DNA of 64,000 bases. Origin: Eledone cirrhosa. Its lineage: Eukaryota. The notes under the pieces were generated by a model. It did not search any database. It saw only the letters and a program-made list of their open reading frames with translations, and had not been told where the DNA came from. The translations under genes were made by a program, and so were the position numbers. The number at the start of each line of letters is the position of its first letter. The stretch's first letter is position 1. The stretch is taken from NCBI GenBank assembly GCA_964016885.1, contig OZ024741.1:327670001-327734000 (forward strand), written 5' to 3'. Shown piece by piece: positions 13,798 to 28,902 of the stretch.

Positions 13798-16132
13798 TAT
13801 AAACCACCTAATAAATTTTGTAACCTCTGTCTACTAGAGACCCATACTATCATCTTCTCTAAACATAATCTCCTTAATAAAAAATCAGAAGTGTTCGCAA
13901 CTTGCCAACACCGCTTCTGACACTCGTTCCAAAACTTTAAACCCTATATATAATAATGTCAGACTGGAACCGGCACCACCCCTAGCAATTAACATCAGTA
14001 ACACACCTTTCACCTCACTTCCACACCCATTTCTATACTCTAAAGATAATACTGACAGCATTTTAGTACCACCTACCCTGGGAATACCCCCTTGTACCTC
14101 TAATTCTGATATCTCGACCGTGGACTACTTATTCTGCATTGCACAAATATAAGATTAGTATAAACTGGGGACACGGTACTGGTTGCGATAACATAATCCT
14201 GTGCATGGATTCCCACCAAGAGATAGATTGATGATTAGATAGATAATCGTATTGTTATGTGAATATATACTGTAAACGAACAGTTCAATGAATTATGCAC
14301 GGGAGATGCATGAGTTAGGAGCATCTGTGTTGCCTGGTGACCTGACCGGCACCTTTTGACGAAGGAACCGGCCACCGGACCACCCTGGTGAACTTACCGG
14401 CGATGCATTCATACTACGACCTGAATCTCGCCGGGAGTCATGTATGATAATAAGACCATTACTGATAGTGAGACCCATGTAGTTAATTATGTAGTCTGAC
14501 TCTTCTTATGGATTGGCCGGGTGTGGCACCCCATGTTGGATTGTAGTCATCATGATACGAACTCCTTTAGTACTTGTTACTGGACTCCACTCTAGCTTGT
14601 GGATGGGATACCTGATCTATATGTGGGACGTGGGTTTATGTATTGCTTGGTGGCCAGACAGGCGCCCCGGTATGGGAGATTTAATCTCCAGATTGTAATC
14701 ATCTTGATGTGAACTCCTTTAGTACCTATTAATAGACTCCACTCTGGCTTGTAGATGTGATACTTAATTGATTTATATATGAGACGGGGGTTGTCTATTG
14801 CTTGATGACCAGACTAGTGCCTTTATATGAGAAATTGGATCTCCGGACCATACCGAAGATTTACTGGAGATTCAGACATGCAATGACCCGGAGCCTACCG
14901 GGTGGCATATATAATAGCGGGACCATACCAGGTCCTACTGTTATATTACATTTGCATGCAACAGTGACTTGAGAGTCTGACTCCTCTTATAGAACGTTCA
15001 GATATGACACCCCTTAATGGATGGTAATCATCCTAATATATACACCCTTGTACTTCTTAATGGACAACTCTCTAACCTATAAATGGGTAACATACTCTAG
15101 AAATTAGTTATAACTTCATATGATAGGCACGTATTTGAATCACCATTAATGTAGTTTAGGATAGTAATTTAACTAAGATAACTAGCTAGTTACCTCCCCT
15201 TACGCATTAATTCCCCTTAGTCATTCAGACACTTCCGGAATCTGGACAGCATGATCTAATAATTAAGAACCGACTGGATACGGTTTATAGCTTGATTATA
15301 TGCTGAACCACCGCGAACTATACGATAGACAAGTGTTCTCTATATATATTGCGTCTCATGGATTATGTGAGTGGTGGTGTGAGCGAAGACAGTGGTATGG
15401 CTTTGCCTACGATACAATAAGTTTTATAGTATGTGGAAAGTTTTTGATATTTTGGTGTTTCCCTGCATCCGAGACTGTATATCATACAGATGTATGAGAA
15501 TAAATGACTTAATAATCCAGCCCACATAATAAGATCGATTGCCTGCTTCAACTGCCTGACCCTGCAAATATCATTCTGACGCACTCTAATCATGTATAAA
15601 TAAGACACGCGTGCATGCTACACGTGAGACTGTTTCATACACTGACTACTCTAAACTTTCCTCTTGCTTTATCTTCATAGACTGCCAACGCTTCATGTTT
15701 ATCTTTATTTTCATTCTTGTTTTTATTTTATTTTTATCCTGTAACCTTTATATGTAAATTGCCATGCTATACCATTTGATGAATGTCACCCCACTGTTGA
15801 TCAATATGCGCATATGTTTTATGTGTCTCTTGGGTTGAAAAGGAGGTTAAGTATGTTATAGATCAGTAAATAGTTGCTCCGAAGAATCCAAACCTCGGTT
15901 TGGAGGAAACAATTGTAAGCAAATAAATGACTTAAACTGAACTTTGATTATTGTAATCTCTATATAACTGCTCTGTAAAACAACTGATGTTATTACATTG
16001 AGCTATTTATCTTACTGGTAATAGGATAGTAATTAATGACTATCTTTCACTATTTAGGGTTTGTGTATATATAATATATTACCATTAAATGTTTTATTGC
16101 ATACATAACCATAAATAGTACCCTTAATACAA
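13798..16132 (+). mobile_element. PLE fragment: endonuclease C-terminus, ~1.9 kb 3' region and pLTR ending in (TA)n
   Basis: 13798-13950 translates YKPPNKFCNLCLLETHTIIFSKHNLLNKKSEVFATCQHRF*. The pLTR is homologous to 23610-23905. Confidence 0.7.
15874..15922 (+). ncRNA. Type I hammerhead ribozyme with CCGAAGA core
   Basis: ttgct CCGAAGA a-tccaaacc-tc-ggtttgga-g GAAA caattg TA agcaa; perfect stems I and II. Confidence 0.85.
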
Positions 16133-16152
16133 TATATATATGTATATATATA

Positions 16153-17980
16153 TATTGTTATACTTGGAGAGGGTCATATTTGCGTAATATTGCCAGAATT
16201 AATAACACAACACACTCACTGTTTGGTTGGTTTTCGCTTCTCGCTGTCTTTTATATCTGCGATCTAACTTACTCGGACCTCAATGTTGCCATTGAGTGAC
16301 CGACGGTCAAAAATAATACAGATAGAATATAGACACAAACACATATATATATAGTTTACATAATTTACATAAATCTTTCGTTGCACATCTGCAACATCGT
16401 CAGTGGTGTTATATTTTTTTCCTCCTGTTGTGTTGTATGTCTACGCCATTTTTTATTCAGTCTGTCTATATATTTATTTATTTATTTGCTTGTTTGTTTA
16501 TTTTATGTTGTCTTCTTTACGCATGCGTTTGCGTGTGTGTATAGTGTTATGTGTGCTGTGTGACTAGTGTGTATAGTGTTGTGTCTGCTGGGTGACTAGT
16601 GTGTGTTTATGTGCTTGTTGTTATTGTGCTTGTGTATGTATTTATTTATCTTATTTTATTTTATTTTATTTATTTACTTATTTATACTTCTCTTAGGTCA
16701 GTGTTGTTTGTTTGGGTGTTGTTGTTGTTCCACTCATTCTTTCTGTTTAGCTTTGGTCTTCTAATTTCTAAGCCATTTTTTATTCAGTCTGTCTATATAT
16801 TTATTATTTATTTGCTTGTTTGTTTATTTTATTTTGTCTTCTTTGCGCATGGACGCCACCCCTGGAGGGAAATTAGTTACCCAGTGTAGAAAGGCCCTGA
16901 GAAAGACCCACTTAAAAATAATGTGGTAGAAAAGCCAGGAACCACCATAAAATCCCTGATCAGCAAAACCTACCCTTTTAAGAAAACCCACTGTACCAAT
17001 AGGAAATGTATCATATGTAAGGTGAACCCCCGGATAAACTGTAAAACTAGAAACGTAGTCTATAGCATAAGATGTACAGAGGGGTACTTGCAGAAACATG
17101 ACAACAACATACATAGGTGAGACAGCTCGTAGCATAGGTGAAAGGATAGACCAACACTGGGGGGAACTAAATGGACGAAAACACGGGTCAGTACTATACA
17201 AACATGCTAGACAACAACATGACGGTAACATAGACAACATAGAAATTAGAATAATATCTAAACATAGGAATGACCCAGCAGATAGGCAAATCAGAGAGGC
17301 CAGTGAAATAGAAATTAGAAGACCAAAGCTAAACAGAAAGAATGAGTGAAAAAACAACAACACCCAAACAAACAACACTGACCTAAGAGAAGTATAAATA
17401 AGTAAATAAATAAAATAAAATAAAATAAGATAAATAAATACATACACAAGCACAATAACAACAAGCACATAAACACACACTAGTCACCCAGCAGACACAA
17501 CACTATACACACTAGTCACACAGCACACATAACACTATACACACACGCAAACGCATGCGCAAAGAAGACAAAATAAAATAAAGAAACAAGCAAATAAATA
17601 AATAAATATATAGACAGACTGAATAAAAAATGGCGTAGACATACAACACAACAGGAGGAAAAAAATATAACACCACTGACGATGTTGCAGATGTGCAATG
17701 AAAGATTTATGTAAATTATGTAAACTATATATATGTGTTTGTGTCTATATTGTATCTGTATTATTTTTGACCGTCGGTCAGTCAATGGCAACATTGAGGA
17801 CCGAGTAAGTTAGATCGCAGATATAAGATACAGCGAGAAGCGAAAACCAACCAGACAGTGAGTGTGTTCTGTTATTAATTCTGGCAATATTACGCAAATA
17901 TGACCCTCCCCAAGTATAACAATATCTGTTTCGACACACGATTTCATATAAAAAAACCTCGCTAAACTAATTCATCGCCG
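16153..17980 (+). mobile_element. PLE (Nematis/Neptune-like Cys linker): inverted pLTR (16153-16770), GIY-YIG 3' fragment and pLTR
   Basis: VEKPGTTIKS..PF..C..CIIC..NCKTRNVVYSIRC and TTYIGETARSIGERIDQH...RQIREA..LNRKNE. 16153-16770 is the reverse complement of 17310-17925. HHR cores CTGACGA-gttgca/tgcaac-GAAA at ~16365-16418(-) and 17672-17715(+). Confidence 0.9.
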
Positions 17981-19047
<1,067 letters not shown>

Positions 19048-20663
19048 TTATGCCAACCTTTTTGTTGGCCATGTTGAGGCCCAAATCTTTGCCCAGTACA
19101 CCGGCCCCACGCCCGAACTGTACGGTCGTTACATTGACGACTGTATCGGAGCCACGACCCTCACCCGAGTACAGCTCGACTCCTTTCTCTCCTTCTTCTG
19201 CTCCTTCCACCCCTCCCTCCACTTCACCACCTCTATCTCCACCACCCACGTCCACTTCTTGGACATCTCCGTCGCCTTCGACCCCTCCCACCACTCCCTC
19301 GTCACCTCCGCCTTCTTCAAACCCACCGACCCCCACTCTTACCTCGACTTCACCTCTTCCACCCCACCCACACTAAACTCTCCATTCCCTACTCCCAACT
19401 TCTCAGGATCCGCCGCCTCTGTAGCCGAGAAGCTGACTTCGAGTCCCAAGCCCTTTCCCTAGTCAGCCATTTCATCCGCAGAGGTTACCCCCCCTCTCTC
19501 GTCCACACCGCTCTCACCGCGCCCGTGCTATCCCCCGCTCTACCACCCTCACCCCACGCCACCGCACACCCACCCACCATCTCCCCTTCCCCATCACCTA
19601 CCACCCCTCCACCGCACCATCCGCCGCCTCTTCCGACACCTCCAGTCCGACCCCTCCACCTCCCACATCTTCCCAACCCCACCACTCCCCTCCTTCAAAC
19701 GCGCACGCAATCTCCGCACCCTCCTCGTCCACAGCTCCCTATCCCCCAACCCACGCTCCGTTTCCCCCCCCCCGGTTCCTTCCCCTGTTCTAGGCCCCGC
19801 TGCAACACCTGTCCCCACATCACCAACACCACCACCTTCCAGGGTCCCAACGGCCACCCTCTCTCTGTCCGGCATGCCTTCCGCTGCACCTCCTCCAACC
19901 TAGTCTACGGACTTCGTTGCACGGGGTGCAGCGCGACTTATGTCGGACAGACGGGACGCCGCCTGGCGGACCGAGTCACGAGCACCTCCGGGACATTCGT
20001 CTCGGGGGCAGTTCCCCCATCGCCCGCCACTTTGGTGGCCCTGGACACTCCGCACACCATCTCACAGTCTGTGGCCTACTTCAGTGCCACGGAACACCCG
20101 CCCATCGCCTCACGGTCGAACAACGTACTATCTTCATCTTACAGACCCACACTCCCCCGGCTGAACTCCCCACCCTTATTCCTTTAGCGTTCGACCGCCC
20201 CCTCCCCCACTTATCCCCCACTAACACCACTAACACACCCCTCCTTTTCACCGCCCACCCCACACTAACAATACTAACACCTCCACTCCACCCCTCATCT
20301 AACCACCCTTTCCCAACTAACATACTAACATCCCCTTCCCTCCCCTCTTCTCCTCCTCCCCCCTCCTTATCACACGCACACACTTACACCACCCACCCCA
20401 CACGCAACTAACATCACTAACACCCTCCAACCCCACGCACACGTACCCACACACCCTCGTACACCACCAACTCTACACACCCTACCCCCACTAACCCCCA
20501 CTCACACCTGCATTCCATCCCTCCCCACCTCCCGTCTACTAACACCCACTAACACCTCCTCACCAAACTACACACACACCAGTACACCACACTCCCTCCA
20601 TAGAACCACACACACCCTTCTCTCCCCACTCCACACTCACTCATCCCACTAACACCCCTACTA

Positions 20664-20710
<47 letters not shown>

Positions 20711-21645
20711 CCTCACTCCAACTGTCACACCTACCCATCCTCGCCTCCCTACCATTCCGCTGACTGCTGCTATGCCCTTCCGACCACTGTCTCAGCACCA
20801 ACTGACCACAGCACTTCCACTGCTGACCACTTCCTGTTGCGCGCGCACCCCACATCTCTCCTCTTCCGACCACCGCTTCTTGGATTACCCACACGCGTTT
20901 TGACTTCCAACCAAAATCTCCATACATCCGTGTAACTTACCACTTTCAACCATCCTCTAACACCATCACCTATATAACTCACCCACACACACATCCCAAA
21001 ACAAATTTGTTTATCCACACGCCAACCACACCCACAACACGAACACGCTTAAACCACACACACGTGCTTCCCACCACATATTTACACCCTCAGCCCCCTG
21101 ATTCCTCTCCCCCCACCGCCTATCCACACACGCACAGACCCTCCGACACACAAACACACCCCCCACACACACCTTCCTGAACATGCAACCCCGTTCTTCC
21201 CCCAACCCTCACTTTCACATACACACACACACACCACCTTCAGCCCTCCCCGCTCGGACACCCCGTCTCCCTCTCCCCACTCCACCCGCCTCCACCTCTA
21301 CTCACCCCACACCCTTCCACCACCTGTTTACCCCCCTTTTAATTTCAGTTTATTTTGATCATGCCTTTATTTTTAAATGTTCTCATTCCTTGTATTTTGA
21401 TCATGCTTTATTTTTTTTTATTTATTATTTATTATATTTTTGTCTTTATTTGTTAATTTTTCATTCGCACCGTTTCCTTTCGCTATATGTCTCTCCAACA
21501 CTCCCCTACACACCTTTTGAACTCTTACCTGAAGAAGGGCTTATGCCCGAAACGTCGTCCTCCACCTACCCCCCACTCTCCTGAGCGTGAATCTAATAAA
21601 CATTTGTCGTACTGCCTCTCTGTTCTGTCCCTGTTCAATTTTTAT
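19048..21645 (+). mobile_element. GC-rich Neptune-like PLE, 5'-truncated: frameshifted RT, Cys linker, GIY-YIG, C/A-rich 3' UTR and pLTR
   Basis: [27 protein letters not shown] (RT); CSRPRCNTC; NLVYGLRC..YVGQTGRRLADR (EN). Flanked by (TA)n on both sides. Confidence 0.92.
21527..21561 (+). ncRNA. Minimal PLE-type hammerhead ribozyme
   Basis: ac CTGAAGA a-gggc-ttat-gccc GAAA cg TC gt; AATAAA ~35 nt downstream. Confidence 0.75.
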
Positions 21646-21657
21646 TATACATATATG

Positions 21658-21689
<32 letters not shown>

Positions 21690-21798
21690 CATATATATAT
21701 AAATATATATATACATATATATATATATACACATATATATATATATATATATATATGTGTATATATGTATATATATATATATATATATGTATATATAA

Positions 21799-21843
<45 letters not shown>

Positions 21844-21855
21844 GGAACAAGTAAG

Positions 21856-21949
21856 ACCCCGACGGCTGAGCTCAAGCCGTTTCGACGGCTAATTCTGGAC
21901 TGAATGAAAATTTATTCTGGTATTTAAATAGGCGAGCTTATCAAGGGGT
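21856..21949 (-). ncRNA. Hammerhead ribozyme, U3-A8 core variant (inverted copy)
   Basis: Reverse complement of 22562-22655 with one change in stem II. Confidence 0.75.
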
Positions 21950-22561
21950 AATTCCATATATGGTCAAAGTGAAAATCACCAGGATTGGTCACATCACAAG
22001 TTTGTAGTAAATCTGTGATGGCAAATTGGTGGGGGAACGGGTCTCTGAACCTGCCAGTAGGAGAAAAAGGGAGAGGGGTTGGAGTAGACCCATTCAAGCG
22101 TTGGTAGTGCCGGCTACCGCTGGGTGTGAGGTCATAGAGGATACAGGGGAGGGGGAGGGGGAGGAAGTCGAAACGGTAAGTAGAACAATGAAGGGTAAAA
22201 CTCTAAAAAGTAGTGAGAGAGACAAAAAAAAAAAAAATAAGCAAAGTCTGGTTACTAAGACTTGAGTCTCTCGCTATTGCTAGGCTAAAGAAATACATAA
22301 ATAAATAAATAAACAAATAAGTGAATAAAAGAATAGATAAATAAATAAAAAAAATAAAATAAAAAAATAAAAAATATATATATATATATATAATGAAGAA
22401 TAAAAAATAAATAAAAATATACTAGGTGGGACGGAAATAAAGGGACCCTCCTACCGGCAGGTTCAGCGACCCCTTCCCTCACCAATTTGCCATCACAGAT
22501 TTACTACTAACTTGTGATGTGACCAATCCCGGTGATTATCACTTTGACCATATATGGAATT

Positions 22562-22655
22562 ACCCCTTGATAAGCTCGGCTATTTAAATACCAGAATAAA
22601 TTTTCATTCAGTCCAGAATTAGCCGTCGAAACGGCTTGAGCTCAGCCGTCGGGGT
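22562..22655 (+). ncRNA. Hammerhead ribozyme, U3-A8 core variant
   Basis: acccc TTGATAA g..cggcta..tagccg.c GAAA cggct-tgagctc-agccg TC ggggt. Confidence 0.8.
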
Positions 22656-22779
22656 CTTACTTCTTCCTATTACCCACTCTACTACCCTAAGTATTGAGTA
22701 CTTTGGTGGGTTATGGTCCACCAGGTTCCTTACCACATTTCCTTCGTTATATGTATATATATATATATGTATATACATG

Positions 22780-22814
<35 letters not shown>

Positions 22815-22842
22815 GTGCATATATATATATATATATATACAC

Positions 22843-22890
<48 letters not shown>

Positions 22891-22896
22891 GTATAT

Positions 22897-23084
22897 ATAT
22901 AGATGAGATTCTACAGGACTAGAACTGTTTCATTCATTAGAAATCATCAGGAATCTCTGATGATTTCTAATGAATGAAACAGTTCTTGTCCTGTAGAATC
23001 TCATCTATATTAAAGCTTTTATACTCTGCTATGTATTGAGTACCTTACTTACTGTGGTTACCTCCGATTCAACCCGGAATAACG
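22897..23084 (+). mobile_element. Solo pLTR tail with 54-bp fold-back holding two divergent HHR cores
   Basis: Arms 22897-22950 / 22957-23010 with one mismatch; CTGATGA tttctaatgaat GAAA cagttcttg TC. Ends at (TA)n. Confidence 0.7.
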
Positions 23085-23525
<441 letters not shown>

Positions 23526-23609
23526 GTATTGTTATACTTTTGGAGAGTCATGTTGCCAATAAATTCAGAAACGAAATATAAATATATATATATATTTATA
23601 TATATAGAT

Positions 23610-23902
23610 ATTGTATTGGAAAGGAGGTCATGTATGTAAACAATCATTGAAAAATTGCTCCGAAGACTACAAACCTCGGTTTGGAAGAAACAATTGTAAG
23701 GGAATAAATGATTTGAACAGAACTTTGATTCATGTAATTTCTATATAACTGCTCTGTAGAACAACTGATGTTATTACATTGAGCTATTCATCTTACTGAT
23801 AATAAGGTAGTAATAAATTACTGTCTTTCACTATTTAGGGTTTAAAATATATATAACTATAAAAGGTTTTAGTATATACATAACCATAAATAGTATCCTT
23901 AA

Positions 23903-23905
<3 letters not shown>
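23610..23905 (+). mobile_element. Solo pLTR of the 13798-16132 family with decayed HHR (23655-23700)
   Basis: ttgctCCGAAGA..aaacctcggttt..GAAAcaattgTA; same terminus ..ccttaatac(TA)n. Confidence 0.85.
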
Positions 23906-24310
<405 letters not shown>

Positions 24311-24314
<4 letters not shown>

Positions 24315-25033
24315 TTGGAGGTTTTTTATATGGAATCGTGTGTCGAAACAAATATTGTTATACGTGTTGCCAGACAACAACACGACGGTAACATAGACAA
24401 GATAGAAATTAGAATAATATCTAAACATAGAAATGACCCACCAGATAGGCAAATCAGAGAGGCCAGCGAAATAGAACCATGAAGGCCTAGGCTAAAGAGA
24501 AAAAATGAATGGAATAACAACACCCAAACAAACAATACTAACCTAAGAGAAGTATAAATAAATAAATACATACACACACAAACACAATAACAACAAACAC
24601 ATATAAACACACACTAGTAAACTATGATAGAATACAATAAACAATACAGTCACCCAAACACGAACACACATCAAACACTATACACACACGCAAACGCATG
24701 CGCATAGAAGACACAACAAAAATAAATAAATAAATAAATAAATAAACAGACTAAATAAAGATGACGTAGGCATACAATACAACTGGAGGAAACATAATAG
24801 CAGCACTGACGATGTTGCTGAGGTGCAACGAAAGAACTTTGTTAGACTATATATATGTGTTTGTGTCTATATTGTATCTGTATTTTTGACCGTTGGTCAG
24901 TCAAATGTAACATTGAGGACCGAATAAATTAAATTAACCGATATAAAAGACACAGAAGCGAAAACCAACCAAACAGTGAGTGGGTTATTAATTCTGTCAA
25001 TATTATTACAGAAATACGACCCTCCCCAAGTAT

Positions 25034-25040
<7 letters not shown>
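24311..25040 (+). mobile_element. Short 3' fragment of the 16153 PLE family with inverted terminal piece; HHR at ~24802-24845
   Basis: [36 protein letters not shown]; agca CTGACGA tgttgc..gcaac GAAA. Confidence 0.88.
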
Positions 25041-25069
<29 letters not shown>

Positions 25070-25509
25070 TAGCGAGAATCGTATTTCGGCTTAGGAATTA
25101 ACGAATAACAACTTCCGAGATGTGTGGCAAGCGCTCGATGATTCAGATGAACCAGAGCTACAGCATACGTTAAATGCCAAACACACTGAGACGATGGTTA
25201 GACAAACATCCGCACAGCCAAAGAAATGACCAAGTAATTCGGGTCAAACAAATAAAAATATATATGATTGAAAATTTACCCGGACCCCTGGATGGTTGGT
25301 AACATCCAGCATTTGTGTTTCTGCGACTCCTAAATCAAGTACGCTTACATAAATAATGTCAGGCTTCTGGTAAGATGATTGAACAAGGAAGCCACTTTAT
25401 CAACAGGTTTTAGTTCAATTGCTAATTTAAGGAATGACTGTTACTGACCCCGCGTGGAGTTCGACAAGGGAGGCAATACTTATTTTAGGCGAATGACTTC
25501 AGTTGTGTA

Positions 25510-26327
<818 letters not shown>

Positions 26328-26593
26328 AAAAGAATGAAACGAAATCTCATTTATGACTCTTAGTACGGCTGATACTTAAATGTAAGTATCTATACGTACA
26401 TACATATATGTATACAGACGTACAGTAGTATGTATATATATATATACATGCACACAAATATATATATGTGTGTTCGTATGGGTTTACCGAACATTTATTA
26501 TAATGTTCTGTTTGTTTGTAAACAAACAGACATAATTACGCCATACAGTGTTCGGCAACCATCGTCGCCATGTTGTTCAACACTGACACAGTT

Positions 26594-26636
26594 ACGATGT
26601 ACTAGTTTCAAGTTTATTAGCTATCGTCAGCATCGT
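26594..26636 (-). ncRNA. Type I hammerhead ribozyme (RzA)
   Basis: acgatg CTGACGA tagctaataaactt GAAA ctag TA catcgt. Confidence 0.85.
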
Positions 26637-26966
26637 ATACCTTCCTGTCAGATGATTGAACGTTTGAAAGTATATGTTCGGCAAACTCATACTTACATAT
26701 ATATATATGTGTGCATATATCTATATATATATATATATACATACTACTGTACGTCTGTATACATATGTGTATGTATACACACTTACATTTAAGTAACAGC
26801 CGTACTAAGAGTGAGAAATGAAATTTCATTTCATTTTTTCCATTTATCGTTTTCGGTGTGCCCGGCCGATTAACTCACTCGTTATGCAAATTAGGCTGCT
26901 CAGGCCTTAATATGCATAAGGAAAGTATATACTTTCAGACGTTCAATCATCTGGCATGAACGTATA

Positions 26967-27007
26967 CGGTGCTGACGATGGCTAATTAGCTTGAAACTAG
27001 TACATCG
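26967..27007 (+). ncRNA. Type I hammerhead ribozyme (RzA)
   Basis: cggtg CTGACGA tggctaattagctt GAAA ctag TA catcg. Confidence 0.9.
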
Positions 27008-27276
27008 TTCCTTTTTCAGTGTTGAACAAAAGGGCAACGATGGTTGCTAAACACTGTACGGCTTAATTCGGGATGTTTGTTTAGAAACAAACCGAGCATT
27101 ATAATAAATGTTCGGTGAATCCATACATACATATATATATATATATGTGTGCATGTATATATATATATATACTACTGTACATCGGTATACATATATGTAT
27201 GTACGTATACATTCTTATATTTAAGTAACAGCCATACTAAGAGTGAGAAATGAAATTTCGTTTCATTTTTTCCATT

Positions 27277-27361
<85 letters not shown>

Positions 27362-27394
27362 ATATATATATGTTTGTATATATATATATGTATG

Positions 27395-27432
<38 letters not shown>

Positions 27433-27439
27433 TGTATGT

Positions 27440-27528
<89 letters not shown>

Positions 27529-27906
27529 GAATAAAACAATGAAACAGTTCCTTATATTAAACAAAAAAAGTTCATTATTTAACGATCGTTTCTAGGACAT
27601 ATATGTGTTAGAATTGGCATGCATATTCAAAAGATCTATGTACAAAATTATACAAAATTATTCTTTCCATGATATCCGGATTACATTGAGTTCTTCATAC
27701 GGATTGGACACTACCGTAAACTTTTGGTAGATTTATCTATATATATATTTTCTTTTTTTTGTTAGTATACGTTGCTTGTAAACCAATACCTAAGTATGCA
27801 GATTGGAGCACTCGACGAAGTGCGCAGGTTGGTTTGGTTACTCCCGAGTAATGTAAAATAAAATAAAATAAGTAAGTCAAATGTTTAAAATTTGACTTCG
27901 TTTATT

Positions 27907-27961
27907 ACTGCTATATATATTTCGATGACAGCCATCTTTGGCTGTGACCTCTTCAAGCAGT
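27907..27961 (-). ncRNA. Hammerhead ribozyme with TTGAAGA core
   Basis: actgc TTGAAGA ggtc-acagcca-aaga-tggctgt-catc GAAA tatata TA gcagt. Confidence 0.75.
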
Positions 27962-28733
27962 CCGAATTAGTGTGGTAGAGACGAGTACACATGCTGTTGA
28001 GGTGTTTAACTTTGTCAATACTCTGATATGCCCAGTTCCTGGTTGGGTTGTTGTTCACTGAGGAACTGGAATCATATGAATTTAAACATACGAATTTCAG
28101 CGTCAAAGGACATCTTCTCCTCTCATTGGTTAGTTGTGAGATCATTTCTCAGTCAAAAGTCTATAGAAATTCGAGGTAAGGCAATCTGTAGTGGTTGTTC
28201 TTGTTATAGTTAAGTACATTTGACCTCTAACCTTATTTGGTAGTGGTGTTGGTGTTAGAGTCAGCTAAAAAAAATGATAAATAGAAGGAATAAGGTGGTA
28301 CAGGAACAAAATAAAATAATCAAATAAAATGTGTCTTATACCCAATCTCAATGTTATAAAAATGTGTAAGCTCACTCCTCCCATTGGTCAGTTTTGAGAG
28401 CATTCCTCAATCTATAGAATCTCAGTCTATAGAAATTCTTTTTGGGGTGAGGTTCCCTGTAGTGTTTGTTTTTGCTATTGTTAAGTACATCTGACCTGTA
28501 CCTTATTTTGGTAGTGTTGTTGGTGTTGTGGTCAGCCTATGTCTTGCTGCTGCTGACATTTAGAAGTATCTGTGTGTGTTTCTTCATCCATCCTGCCACC
28601 ACCTCTCGTGGTGGTGGTGGTGGGGGTGGGGGGGGGGGGTTGTCTGCCATGTATATGAAGAAATAGAAGGCAATAAAATGAAGAAAACATAAAATAAATA
28701 ATACATAGAAAATAAATGGAAAATTAATGTACA

Positions 28734-28902
28734 ATGAAAAATGAAAAATAAAAAAATGAAAAATGAAAAATGAAAAATGAAAAATGAAAAATGAAAAATG
28801 AAAAATGAAAAATGAAAAATGAAAAATGAAAAATGAAAAATGAAAAATGAAAAATGAAAAATGAAAAATGAAAAATGAAAAATGAAAAATGAAAAATGAA
28901 AA
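28734..28902. repeat. (ATGAAAA)n heptamer tandem repeat within the PLE 3' UTR
   Basis: Direct reading. Confidence 0.95.

Larger units (their letters stand above)
21841..22750. mobile_element. Inverted pair of PLE-type pLTRs (~220-bp arms 21841-22062 / 22448-22670) between (TA)n arrays
   Basis: The arms are reverse complements and each carries an HHR. The plus copy ends at (TA)n at 22750. Confidence 0.8.
26325..27280. mobile_element. RzA locus 2: inverted unit (26325-26672) then ~1.3 forward units
   Basis: Homology to 3320-4075; (TA)n on both sides. Confidence 0.88.

Noticed and set aside
13915-13925. In-frame TGA in the PLE end as selenocysteine (Naiad-like)
   Set aside because: The endonuclease is C-terminal, the TGA is not at a Cys position, and no SECIS was seen; likely CGA>TGA decay.
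27575-27630. GAAA cgatcg TT on the minus strand, HHR-like
   Set aside because: The upstream core is missing.
28734-28902. Regular repeat as a CRISPR array or FFIFHFS protein
   Set aside because: Spacerless heptamer satellite in eukaryotic DNA.
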